Source: Pristiophorus japonicus
Taxonomy: Eukaryota
Assembly (NCBI RefSeq): GCF_044704955.1
Contig: NC_091980.1
Coordinates: 129,208,001 to 129,272,000 of the forward strand
DNA length: 64,000 nucleotides
Direction: 5' to 3'
In this document: positions 48,161 through 64,000 of the stretch, in pieces
Layout: each line of letters begins with the position of its first letter
Position numbering within the stretch: position 1 is the stretch's first letter
Translations under genes and position numbers: made by a program
Notes under the pieces: generated by a model
Databases searched by the model: none
What the model was told of the DNA's origin: nothing
What the model saw: only the letters and a program-made list of their open reading frames with translations

Positions 48161-49333
48161 CATAGAAACATAGAAAATAGGTGCAGGAGTAGGACATTCG
48201 GCCCTTCGAGCCTGCACCACCATTCAATAAGATCATGGCTGATCATTCACCTCAGTACCCCTTTCCTGCTTTCTCTCCATACCCCTTGATTCCTTTAGCT
48301 GTAAGGGCTATATCTAACTCCCTCTTGAATATATCCAATGAACTGGCATCAACAACTCGCTGCAGTAGGGAATTGCACAGGTTAACAACTCTCTGAGTGA
48401 AGAAGTTTCTCCTGATCTCAGTCCTAAATGGCTTACCCTTTATCCTTAGACAATGTGCCCTGGTTCTGGACTTTACATCCTTCGGAACATCCTTCCTGAA
48501 TCTAACCTGTCCAGTCCCGTCAGAACTTTATATGTTTCTATGAGTTCCCCTCTCATCCTTCTAAACTCCAGTGAATACAGGCCCAGTCGATCCAGTCTCT
48601 CCTCATATCTCAGTCCTGCTATGCCGGGAATCAGTCTGGTGAACCTTTGCTGCACTCCCTCAATAGCAAGAACGTCCTTCCTCAGATTAGGAGACCAAAA
48701 CTGAACACAATATTCCAGGTGAGGCCTCACTAAGGCCCTGTACAACTGCCGTAAGACCTCCCTGCTCCTATACTCAAATCCCCTAGCTATGAAGGCTAAC
48801 ATACCATTTGCCTTCTTCACCGCCTGCTGTACCTGCATGCCAACTTTCAATGACTGATGAACCATGACACCCAGGTCTCGTTGCACCTCCCCTTTTCCTA
48901 ATCTGCCGCCATTCAGATAATATTCTGCCCTCGTGTTTTTGCCACCAAAGTGGATAACCTCACATTTATCTACATTATACTGCATCTGCCATTCGTTTGC
49001 CCACTCACCTAACATGTACTAGTCACCCTGCAGCCTTTTCGCATCCTGCTCACAGCTCACACTGCCCCCCAGCTTAGTATCATCTGCAAACTTGGAGATA
49101 TTACACTCAATTCCCTCATCCAAATCATTGATGTATATTGTGAATAGCTGGGGTCCCAGCACTGAGCCCTGCGGCACCCGACTAGTCACTGCCTGCCATT
49201 CTGAAAGGGACCCGTTTATCCCAACTCTGCTTCCTGTCTGCCAACCAGTTCTCTATCCACGTCAGTACATTACCCCCAGTATCATGTGCTTTAATTTTGC
49301 ACACCAATCTCTTGTGTGAGACCTTGTCAAATA
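48161..49333 (-). mobile_element. 5'-truncated CR1 LINE (RT C-terminus and tail reading (CATAGAAA)n on the plus strand) within ferritin E exon 1
   Basis: ORF 48473-49015 WQMQYNVDKCEVIHFG...LYRALVRPHLEYCVQFWSP. Confidence 0.9.
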
Positions 49334-49637
49334 TGTGGAAAACCCTGGACATTCTGGCTAGGGCGATGACCAGCTTGTTACCCTGATGGCTCATTGCAAA
49401 AAGCAGCTTGTAACTTAACTGCACAGACCAAGGCCCCAGTTTGATCGCCAGCCTGTGCAGAGTTAACTGATCTGTTGCTAGACGTGCTACAGCGTGCCTG
49501 GTGAAACATCAGGAGGAAAGAATGAACTTGCATTTCTACAGCGCCTTTCACATCATCAGGACATCCCAAAGTGCTTTACAGCAAACTTATAGTACGTTTA
49601 TTTTGAAGTATAGTCACTGCTATAATGTAGGAAATGC

Positions 49638-49849
49638 CTCATCACCGAGAGTATGCAGAAATCAAGCGCAGGCAGCGGAAGGAGCGGGCAGCAAACCTGT
49701 CCCACCCACCTTTTCCCTCAACGACTATCTGTCCCAACTGTGACAGAGACTATAGTTCTCGTATTGGACTGTACAGTCACCTAAGAACTCATGTTAAGAG
49801 TAGAAGCAAGTCTTCCTCAATTCCGAGGGACTGCCTATGATGATGATGA
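49638..49849 (+). mobile_element. Short RTE 3' fragment inserted in an HE1-like SINE
   Basis: (ATG)n tail; TSD AGGAAATGC at 49629-49637 and 49850-49858. Confidence 0.8.
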
Positions 49850-51548
49850 AGGAAATGCAGCAGCCAAAATGTGCATAGCAGGATCCCAAACAGCAATGTG
49901 ATAATGGGCAGATAATGTTTTAGTGATGTTGGTTGAGGGATAGTTATTGGCCAGAACACCTGGGAGAAATCCCTGCTCTTCTTTGAATAATAACATGGGA
50001 TCTTCCAAATCCACCTAAGCCCCATTTACCATCTCATCCAAAGAGTGCAGCATTCTTTCAGTACGGCACTGGAGTGTCAGCCTGGATTTTGTTCTCAAGT
50101 CTCTGGAGTTTGGCCTGAAACCACAACCTTCTGACTCTGAAATGAGAATGTTATCACTGAGCCAAGGCAGCTAAGTTTCCAATTCCTGTTCAGTATAGTG
50201 ATGTGAGCTGAAAGGTTTGTGGATCACAGACAAGAACAGAACTAGGCTTGGCTGGAATACCATCAACAAATGAAGAGTCTGGGAACACTCGCTGTCTAGA
50301 TTCACATCAACTATGGCCATTGGAGTGAGGTATCAGAGGGCTGCCAGTACCATTAAGAGTCAGCACCTTCAGGAGAGAAGGGAGAACAAGAATTCCTCAA
50401 TGCTCCACTGAATTTGCTTTTAAGCATGTCAAGATGGTGGAGATTCTTCATGTTGCTCAATGTAAGGGAAACCAAACTATGTGTGATGTGACAGTAAATA
50501 TAATGGAAGCTCTTACACTGAGGAGGTGAGGTTGCACGTGACACCTTTATGGACCATTACGGCAGGTGGAGCCGTTTCTAGGATCTAGATACCTAGCATC
50601 TTATGTAACAGCTGGCTCCATTTCAGGAATGAAATAAAATAGAGTTAAGAGTAGTGGAAGATCATATTGTGATGTAGTCCCTAATAATAGAAAATATGAT
50701 GCATCCAGAATTGGCATTATATTGTATAAAATGATTGTATTTATGCTGCAGAATGCTTGTGTTCTAGAATTTTCTTTTTGAAGGAAAGACAATATCAAAT
50801 AGGAGTTTCCTGACTAGCTTATCCTTTCAGTGTTAGAAACAGGTTAGGTGAGAGTTGCTAAGATGGATATTTTCCTTCTGGAATAAACCAATGCATATTG
50901 AAAAATCTTCAGGAAGAAGGTGTTTGGGCAAACCCTTGCTTTATTTTGGAGGGAGACCAGCCAAAGAGCCACAGACCTTTTTTTTACACAATGGCATCAC
51001 GTGCAAACAGAACAGTGATGCATTTTCAGGCAACTTGCATCATTGCATCTTGTTCAAAAATGAACAAGAACCATGGTTTATTAAACACTTTCTTCATGGT
51101 GACAGCACTGCTTTAAAAGGGCTGCCTATGTGAATAAAATATAAATGCACAGCCCTTCACAGGGTGCCTCATGATCTAATTCTATCGCACATTGCAAATG
51201 AATGTCATGTGGTCTATTTAACGAATGGCCGCTGCGTTCCACTCCATTGGCCACCCCAACCCAAATTCAGCTCGGGTTTTTTCTGCCTGTCCCCACTTCC
51301 GCCCCGCTGTTGCTGACTGCTGCAAGCACGCCAGCAAAGCGCGCACTGCCGCTATTCCGCCCCATTTCAATCCGTCCCAAATTTGCGAAAACATTTCCAT
51401 GAACCGTTGAACGGTGTCCCTGACAGCTTTTTCTGTCGGCCCACCTTGTCTGCTCTCTCTCTGCCCTGGCAGTGCAGCGGCCATTGATCTGCTTGTTGAC
51501 AGCAACCTCACAGTCCTTCTGGTAATTCTGACACACCTGGGAAGCCAT

Positions 51549-51750
51549 CTTCACTATGTATATTGCACGATTACTGCTCACTATCAGCTGCACAGTTCTA
51601 GTATTGACCCTTTCTCACACAAGCTCCTGTATTTATACTGCTGGGACAGCCGGCATTCAAAGAAGGAATTACATCACCAATGATGATTGGCTCTCAAGGA
51701 TTGTCAATCAGGAATCTTCCTTGAATCCAGGCACCAATTAACAAAGGAAA
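51549..51750 (-). promoter_or_regulatory. Promoter and 5' UTR of ferritin E
   Basis: TATAAATA ~51637-51630, CCAAT boxes and TGATGTAA ~51676-51669; homologous to the D and F promoters. Confidence 0.6.
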
Positions 51751-54029
51751 CATAGAAAAATAGGAGCAGTATTAGGCCATTGTGCCCTTCGAGTCTGCAC
51801 CACCATTCATTATGATCATGGCTAACCCTCTATCTCAACACCATATTCTCACTTTTTTGGGTAGGGGGTGAGACCCAGAGCCAATCAGAGCTTTGGAAAA
51901 TATGCCATTCGGCACAATCAGTACATGCCAACATTTATGTTCCACTCGAGCCTCCAGTCTTTCCTCCTCTAAATCTATCAGCATAACCCTCTATTTTCTT
52001 CTCCTCATTTGCTTGTCTTTCCTCCCATTAAATGCTTCCATACTATTCACTTAAATCATGCCCTGTGGTAGCGAGTTCAATATTCTCACCACTCTTTGCA
52101 TAAAGATATTTCTCCTGAATTCCCTATTGGATTTCTTGGTGACTATCTTATATTGATGGCCTCTAGTTTTGCTCTTCCCCACAAGTGGAAACATTCTCTC
52201 TGTATCCACTCTATCAAAACTTTCATAATTATAAGGACCTCTATTAGGTCACCCCCCAGTCTTCTCTTTTCAAGAGTAAAGAGATCCAGCCTGTTCATCC
52301 TTTCCTGATAGGTATACCCTCACAGTTCTGGTATCATCCTTGTAAATCTTTTTTACACCCTCTTCAGTTGCTCTGTAACTGTGCCTCATCATAGATTCAT
52401 ACAGCACAGAAGGAGGTGATTCAGCCCATTGTGCCTGTGCAGGCTCTTTGAAAGAGTGATCCAATTAGTCCCATTTCTCAGCTCCTTCCCCATAGCCCTG
52501 CAATGTTTTTCTTTCCTCCTATATATCCAATTCCCTTTTCAAAGTTACTGTTGAATCTGCTTCCATGGCCCTTTCAGGCAGTGTGTTCCAGATCACAACT
52601 CGCTGCGTAAAAACAATTCTCATCTCTCCTCTCTGGTCCTTTGCCTTTCATGTTGGTGTTTCTCTGAGATCCAAAGCCGTGACATCTGGTTTCAGTGCAG
52701 AGGTGGTTCAGTCCTGGATTGGCTGATGAGACACGTTCGCTTGGATTAAAACTCTGCTTTAGATGGGTCAGAGTGGGTGGCAGTGATTCAGATCCAGAGT
52801 CACCAATCATATCACAGGTCCTTCTAATTATGAAAAATTTGATAGAGTGCATACGGAAAGAATTTTGAAACACCTGAACCGAAAATGTATCTGGGTATTT
52901 GCACCTGTATTGGTCGAAGGATCCAAGATGCAGTCACAAAGGGCTTTGAGCAAATTGATGGACATCACGTGGCCACCCTGGTGGGGACCAGAGATTCAAT
53001 TCAGGCCTGTGGTTACTGGGTCTGAGGGAACCTTTGATCCTTTTACAGGATCTCTTTGAATTCAGTGTCACTCCCTGTGGGGAATCAGGATGGCGATAGG
53101 CACAGAAAGCCCAAGGTGGTGAGAAGCTTCCTTTGTCATTGATGAATTTTCATACAATAGCAAAGATCGAATAAGGTGACAGGAAACGTCGAGAGATGCA
53201 AAGACATTAATGAGGAATGACTGAAATGAAATTGCCATCTTCAGTCATTGCAGTCCTCAACTAATTAATTTATAAGCATTGAATAAATACAGTTACAGAG
53301 TCAACATTTGCATCCATTCCTGCAGTGAAAGAGACACAGGGAGATTGTGAGATTTTCACTTCAGGTGGTTCTAAATTCTTTCTGTATCCACTCTATCAAA
53401 CCTTTCATAATTATAAGGACCTGTGGTGTGATTGGTGGCTCCAGATCTGAATCACTGCCACCCACTCTGACCCATCTAAAGCAGAGTTTTAATCCAAGGG
53501 AACACCTCTCATTAGCTTATCCAGATCTGAACCACTTCTGCATTGAAACCAGATGTCACAGCTTTGGATCTCAGAGAAACACCAATATGAAATGCACAAA
53601 TGGATAAGTTTATGGAGGAGCTGTATTGGGTTTATTAATTTGTAAAACAGAGAATGTTGAAGGGTATAGGGGCAGGAGAAATATCTATTGTTCTTGCTTG
53701 GTGTTTTCAGTTAACTGCGTTATGCATTTAATAAAATACATTTACTCCTTCTGGAAGGTTTATATTTTATTTGTGTACAGTTCCACATAGTTACCTCACC
53801 CTTTAATGCCTTGTATAAGTTCTTGTTCATGTGGCAGCTAAGGTAGACAGGTTATTCTATCCAAAGAGACACAAAACAGAGAACATTTTAAGAACCAAGT
53901 CGAATCCTCTACCCAAAAGGAATCCACACTTTCTGCCCCAAGAGGCTAAGGGCCAGTAAGTAAATATGGCATTTCAGGTGTATTTCCCAATCACCATTAG
54001 TACCATGGGTTCAGGGAGCTCCCACAATG

Positions 54030-54815
54030 TGTTGTAACCAGAGGTGAAGAGAAATGCTGTAACAACAGCTTGCCGATTTATATAGTTGTATTTACAGCGT
54101 AAAATGTTTAAGACATTTTAAAGGAGTGTCACTAAACAAAATGTGAGTGTGTCAGATGAGACAGGAAAGTTTTAAGGAATGTCTTAGAGAAGGGGCAGGA
54201 AGAGAATTTTAGTAGTGTGAACTCAGAGCTTGGGCCAAAGTAACTGCTTCCACTGGTGATAATTAGTCATTCTGTGCCCACAAAACTGACCAGAAAGTCA
54301 ACAGCAGCAACATGGAGCTTGGTTCCAAGAGCGACCTGCAGTGTATTCCACAGGAACTACTCAGTGGGATTGGTAGCTTACTTTAAATACCTAAACTCTT
54401 CTCCCCAGGGCAGATACCATTCTTGAAATTGGATTGTTCTTGGGAATGAAATGGTGTCACTCAATTCATTGGCAAACTCTGTTTGCATTTTAACAAAGTT
54501 AGAGCAGTGAGAGTTTGTTGTATTGAGGGATTAAAGAGAGCTGCCATTGATGCAAAGAGCAGAAAGAATATTTTTCATCACCAATAAAAGCAGTTACTTT
54601 GGCACAAGCTCTGGGGAATTCACACCCTGAAAATTCTCTTCTCACCCCCTTGTCTAAGACACTCCTTAAAACCTTCCTGTCTCATCTGACACACTCAAAT
54701 TTTGTTTAGTGACACACCTGCAAAATGCCTCAACATAGGAAAATGTCGAAAGGAGCTATATAAAAATCAGCAAATTGTTGTGTTACAGCATTTCTCTTCA
54801 CCGCTGCTGCAACAC
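54030..54815. repeat. Local inverted repeat (~230-bp arms at 54030-54260 and 54577-54815, ~315-bp spacer)
   Basis: GTGTCACTAAACAAAA...GTGTGTCAGATGAGACAGGAA matches TTCCTGTCTCATCTGACACAC...TTTTGTTTAGTGACAC in reverse. Confidence 0.8.
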
Positions 54816-55188
54816 AATCATTGAAATGCATGAAGACAATTTGCTCCTTAGGTAAAAACCAAATTGAAATTAGATCTTGAACATGCAACCCTGAATATCC
54901 AGCTCAATAAATTAGATTACACCTGAAGGAAAGAGGAAAATAAAGCTGTTACACAGCCCAATGGAATTCTTGTCTGATGGAAACCAAATGTCAATCTGAA
55001 GATAAGCAAATCACTCAAATTTACAAGGAGACAAAACCCAGTCCAATATTGGACAGTTTATTTACAGTTAGTTAATTACATTTCACATCAAGAGACCAGG
55101 TCTCAGGCTGCACAAAGACACAAGCTGACATTCTCTATTCGGACAGTCACACACACAATTATATGAACACGAGTACTGAACACAAGCT

Positions 55189-59479
<4,291 letters not shown>

Positions 59480-59790
59480 CTTCACTATCTATATTACACT
59501 ATTACTTCTCACTATCTCCTGCGGAGTTCTCAAATTCACACTATTGTGCTCAAGTTCCTGTATTTATACTATTGGAACAGCTGCATTCAAACAGGGTATG
59601 ACATCACCAATGATGATTGGCTCTCAGGGATTGTCAATCAGGAACCTTCCATGAATCCAGGCACCAATTAACAAAGGAGAGGAGGTTTGGGGGCGGGGCT
59701 GGGGGAGATCCAGAGCCAATTAGAGCTTTGGGAAACACAACATTTTGGGAGATCAGTCTCGGTGATGTCACTGACTTTGGGTTCCTTGAA
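59480..59790 (-). promoter_or_regulatory. Promoter and 5' UTR of ferritin F
   Basis: TATAAATA 59568-59561, TGACATCA ~59599 and TGATGTCA ~59763 (plus-strand reading), CCAAT boxes, GGGGCGGGG ~59690. No IRE. Confidence 0.65.
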
Positions 59791-61889
59791 CATCTTCAAA
59801 TCTGAAAGTGTCTCATTTTTTAACACTCTCAATTGATTGAAATGAACATTTTTTACTTTCGCCGAAGGGGTTTTTCATAATCTGGCGAAGTTTGTTACTT
59901 GCAAGTTTCTGTGGCATTGAGGCAATATTCAAAGCTATCACATCGTCTTGGTGAATTGACAAACCAACCATTGACCAGTGGAATGAGAATTCCATCCTGG
60001 GGGTGGTGTGAACTGCCCCCAGTTCGAATATAGAGAATGGCCATGTGTCTGAGGATTGGCTACATGGGGGCATCAACGATCTGTCATTTTTATTCTCATG
60101 GAATGATGCCTGGTAAAATTCAATATAGTGAGTGAGAATGAGAGGGAGTGAACATTACTGAACACATTGTCACCCACAGACACGTCTCCATTTGATAGAG
60201 GGATTCAAAATCATGAGGTGTCTGGACAGAGTCGATAGACAGGAACAGTTCCCATTGGCAGAAGGGTCGAGAACCAGAGGACACAGATTTAAAGTGACTG
60301 GCAAAAGAACCAAAGGCGACATGTTTACACAGCGAGTGGCTGGGATCTGGAATGCAATGTCCGAGAGGGTGATGGAGGTAGACTCAATCGTGGCTTTCAA
60401 AAGGGAATTGGATAAGTACCTGAAGGAAAAAAAATAGCAGGGTTGCGGGAAAGGGCGGGGGAGTGGGACTAGCTGAAGTGCTGTTGCAGAGAGTCGGCAC
60501 AGGCTCGATGGGCTGAATGGCCTCCCTCTGTGCTGTAACCATTCTATGATTCTATGATTTGCTCCGGCGTGTTTTGGGGCAGGCCTGATGGACCAACTGG
60601 TCTTTTCCTGCCCCTCAATTTGGTGTGTTGGACGCATCCTTTTTCAGTCACCTTTCAGTGAGGCGAAAGAATATTTAAATTCGATTGAAATGATGAACCT
60701 CAGATATGCTCCAACTGCCTGGTTCATCATAGATTCTATCAGCACAGAAAGAGGCCAATTGGCCCATCATGCCTGTGCAGGCACTTTGAAAGAGCGATCC
60801 AATTAGTCCCACTCCTCAGCTCCTTCCCCATCACCCTGCAACTTTTGTCCTTTTCAAGTATATATGCAATTCTCTCTTCAAAGTTACTGTTGAATCTGAT
60901 TCCACCGCCCTTTCAGGCAGCACGTTCCGGATCACAACAACTCGCTGCGTAAAAATAATCGTCCTCATCTCTCCCCTCTGGTCATTTGCCTTTCATGTTG
61001 GTGTTTCTCAGAGAACCAAAGTCGAAATATCTGATTTCAGTGCAGAAGTATTCAGTCCTGGATTAGCTGATGAAAGGTGTTCCCTTGGATGAAAACTCTG
61101 CTTTAGATGGGGCAGAGGGAGCGGCAGTGGTTCAGATCCAGTGCCACCAATCACACCACAGGCACTGCCCTTTCGGGGGAGATGCCACCAATGAGCACAG
61201 TTGACCCACCTGAATCGAACATGTGCCTGTGTATTTACACCTATATTGGTCGAAAGATCCAAGATGCATTAAATGCCCTGCAGTCACAAAGGACTTCGAG
61301 CAAACTGATGGACATCACATGGTCACAATCAATGGCCAGCCTAGTGGGCACTAAATACTGTCATTCGATATATAGTGAATGGTAACTTCTTTGAGATGAA
61401 TATACATGGAATGACATGACAACAATTTCAGTGTACTCACTGCAGTTCTGAACTAATTTTATAAAATTAACTTGTGTAAAAATGGAGTTGAGGGTGGATT
61501 TCCCAATCACCAATTGTACTTCCCTTGGCCCCAATACCATCGCTCACTCAATGAGCTCAGACATTGAGTGTGGAGTCCAGCATTCTGTGCTACTTTGCCC
61601 ACCAAGCTGAACAAAAAGTCTATAGCAGCAAGAATGAGTTTGGTTGAGTGAGCGACCTGCAGTGTATCCTACGGGAGTAACTCAGAGCAGCATTGATAGC
61701 TTACTTTAAATAAATACTTAAAGTGGGAGTGTACATTTGGAATGAAATGGTTAAACACTAACAGACTGGAAAACTCTCCATGCCTTGAACATTACAGCAG
61801 CTGACATGTTGTTGCATTGATGGTTAAATTGTTGCCATTGATGCAAAGGGCAAAGAGAATATTCATCACCAGTGGGAGCAGTTACTTGT

Positions 61890-64000
61890 ATAGAAACATA
61901 GAAACATAGAAAATAGGAGTAGGCCACTTGGCGCTTCGAGCCTGCACTGCCATTCAATAAGATCATGGCTGATCATTCCTTCAGTACCCCTTTCCTGCTT
62001 TCTCTCCATACCCCTTGATCCCCTTAACCGTAAGGGCCATATCTAACTCCCTCTTGAATATAGAAACAGAGACATAGAAAATAGGTGCAGGAGTAGGCCA
62101 TTCGGCCCTTCGAGCCTGCACCGCCATTCCATGAGTTCATGGCTGAACATGCAACTACAATACCCCATTCCGGCTTTCTTGCCATACCCCTTGATCCCCC
62201 TAGTAGTAAGGACTACATCGAACTCCTTTTTGAATATATTTAGTGAATTGGCCTCAACGACTTTCTATGGTAGAGAATTCCACAGGTTCACCACTCTCTG
62301 GGTGAAGAAGTTTCTCCTCATTTCGGTCCTAAATGGCTTACCCCTTATCCTTAGACTGTGATCCCTGGTTCTGGACTTGCCCAACATTGGGAACATTCTT
62401 CCTGCATCTACCCTGTCGAAACCCGTCAGAATATTAAATGTTTCTGTGAGGTCCCCTCTCATTCTTCTTGCATCTACCCTGTCTAAACCCATCAGAATAT
62501 AAAATGTTTCTGTGAGATCCCCTCTCATTCTTCTGAACTCCAGTGAATACAAGCCCAGTTGATCCAGTCTTTCTTGATATGTCAGTCCCGCCATCCTGGG
62601 AATCAGTCTGGTGAACCTTCGCTGCACTCCCTCAATAGCAAGAATGTCCTTCCTCAAGTTAGGAGACCAAAACTGTACACAATACTCCAGGTGTGGCCTC
62701 ACCAAGGCCCTGTACAACTGTAGTAACACCTCCCTGCCCCTGTACTCAAATCCCCTCGCTATGAAGGCCAACATGCCATTTGCTTTCTTAACCGCCTGCT
62801 GTACCTGCATGCCAACCTTTAATGACTGATGTACCATGACACCCAGGTCTCGTTGCACCTCCCCTTTTCCTAATCTGTCACCATTCAGATAATAGTCTGT
62901 CTCTCTGTTTTTACCACCAAAGTGGATAACCTCACATTTATCCACATTATACTTCATCTGCCATGCATTTGACCTATCCAAGTCACTCTGCAGTCTCAGA
63001 GCATCCTCCTCGCAGCTCACACTGCCACCCAACTTAGTGTCATCCACAAATTTGGTGATATTACATTTAATCCCCTCGTCTAAATCATTAATGTACAATG
63101 TAAACAGCTGGGGCCCCAGCACAGAACCTTGCGATACCCCACTAGTCACTGCCTGCCATTCTGAAAAGTACCCATTTACTCCTACTCTTTGCTTCCTGTC
63201 TGCCAACCAGTTCTCAGTCCACATCAGCACACTAACCCCAATCCCATGTGCTTTAACGTTGCACATTAATCTCTTGTGTGGGACCTTGTCGAAAGCCTTC
63301 TGAAAGTCCAAATATACCACATCAACTGGTTCTCCCTTGTCCACTCTACTGGAAACATCCTCAAAAAATTCCAGAAGATTTGTCAAGCATAATTTCCCTT
63401 TCACAAATCCATGGTGACTTGGACCTATCATGTCACCTCTTTCCAAATGCGCTGCTATGACATCCTTAATAAGTGATTCCATCATTTTACCCACTACCGA
63501 TGTCAGGCTGATGGTTTATCATTCCCTGTTATCTCTCTCCCTCCTTTTTTAAAAAGTGGGGTTAAATTGGCTACCCTCCACTCCATAGGAACTGATCCAG
63601 AGTCAATGGAATGTTGGAAAATGACTGTCAATGCATCCGCTATTTCCAAGGCCATCTCCTTAAGTACTCTGGGATGCAGTCCATCAGGCCCTGGGGATTT
63701 ATCGGCCTTCAATCCCATCAATTTCCCCAACACAATTTTCCGACTAGTAAGGATTTCTCTCAGTTCCTCCTTCTTACTAGACCCTCTGACCCCTTTTATA
63801 TCCGGAAGATTGTTTGTGTCCTCCTTAGTGAATACCAAATCAAAGTACTTGTTCAATTGGTCTGCCATTTCTTTGTTCCCTGTTATGACTTCCCCTGATT
63901 CTGACTGCAGGGGACCTACGTTTGTCTTTGCTAACCTTTTTCTCTTTACATATCTGTAGAAGCTTTTGAAGTCCATCTTAATGTTCCCTGCAAGCTCCTC
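61890..64000 (-). mobile_element. Relatively young CR1 LINE (ORF2 RT, continues beyond the window) nested on a second CR1 3' end (61890-62060)
   Basis: ORFs 63503-63976 and 62265-63494: KSPGPDGLHPRVLKE, YLDFQKAFDKVPH, GVSQGSVLGP, KFVDDTKL. Two CATAGAAA tails. Confidence 0.93.

Larger units (their letters stand above)
45718..51548 (-). pseudogene. Ferritin pseudogene E (exon 1 split by a 3.3-kb insertion)
   Basis: Exon 1 5' part 51548-51483 ([22 protein letters not shown]); 3' part ~48162-48136 with donor GT>AT. Exon 2 (46704-46558) and exon 3 (46344-46219) are open. Exon 4 (45873-45718) has a premature TAG at 45756-45754. Confidence 0.9.

Overview
Repeat-rich vertebrate genomic DNA. The CR1, RTE and Tx1 LINEs, Mag-like Gypsy elements and HE1-like SINE/33-bp minisatellite point to a cartilaginous fish (inference). 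The core is a tandem cluster of at least six 4-exon ferritin heavy/middle-type (H/M) gene copies, labelled here A-F. Three have intact ORFs and GT-AG splice sites: A (8320-10874, minus, 174 aa), C (24984-27534, plus, 174 aa) and F (55189-59479, minus, 176 aa). Three are pseudogenes (B, D, E), and there is one orphan exon-3 copy. A and C sit head-to-head in the two arms of a ~4.8-kb near-identical inverted repeat with a ~12.6-kb spacer. All five copies that retain a 5' end have a TATA box ~75-90 nt before the ATG and no iron-responsive element (IRE). The A/C pair keeps the ferroxidase ligands but has Lys in place of the three-fold-channel Glu (human E134) and a C-terminus shortened by 2 aa. The best candidate novel system is an expanded, IRE-independent ferritin family evolving by birth-and-death and gene conversion, with a channel-altered subunit held in a palindrome. 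The rest is nested mobile DNA: an ERV env tail plus 1.3-kb LTR, two Gypsy families, a Tx1 element inserted in a SINE, and CR1/RTE fragments. All alignments were done by eye; no database search was possible.
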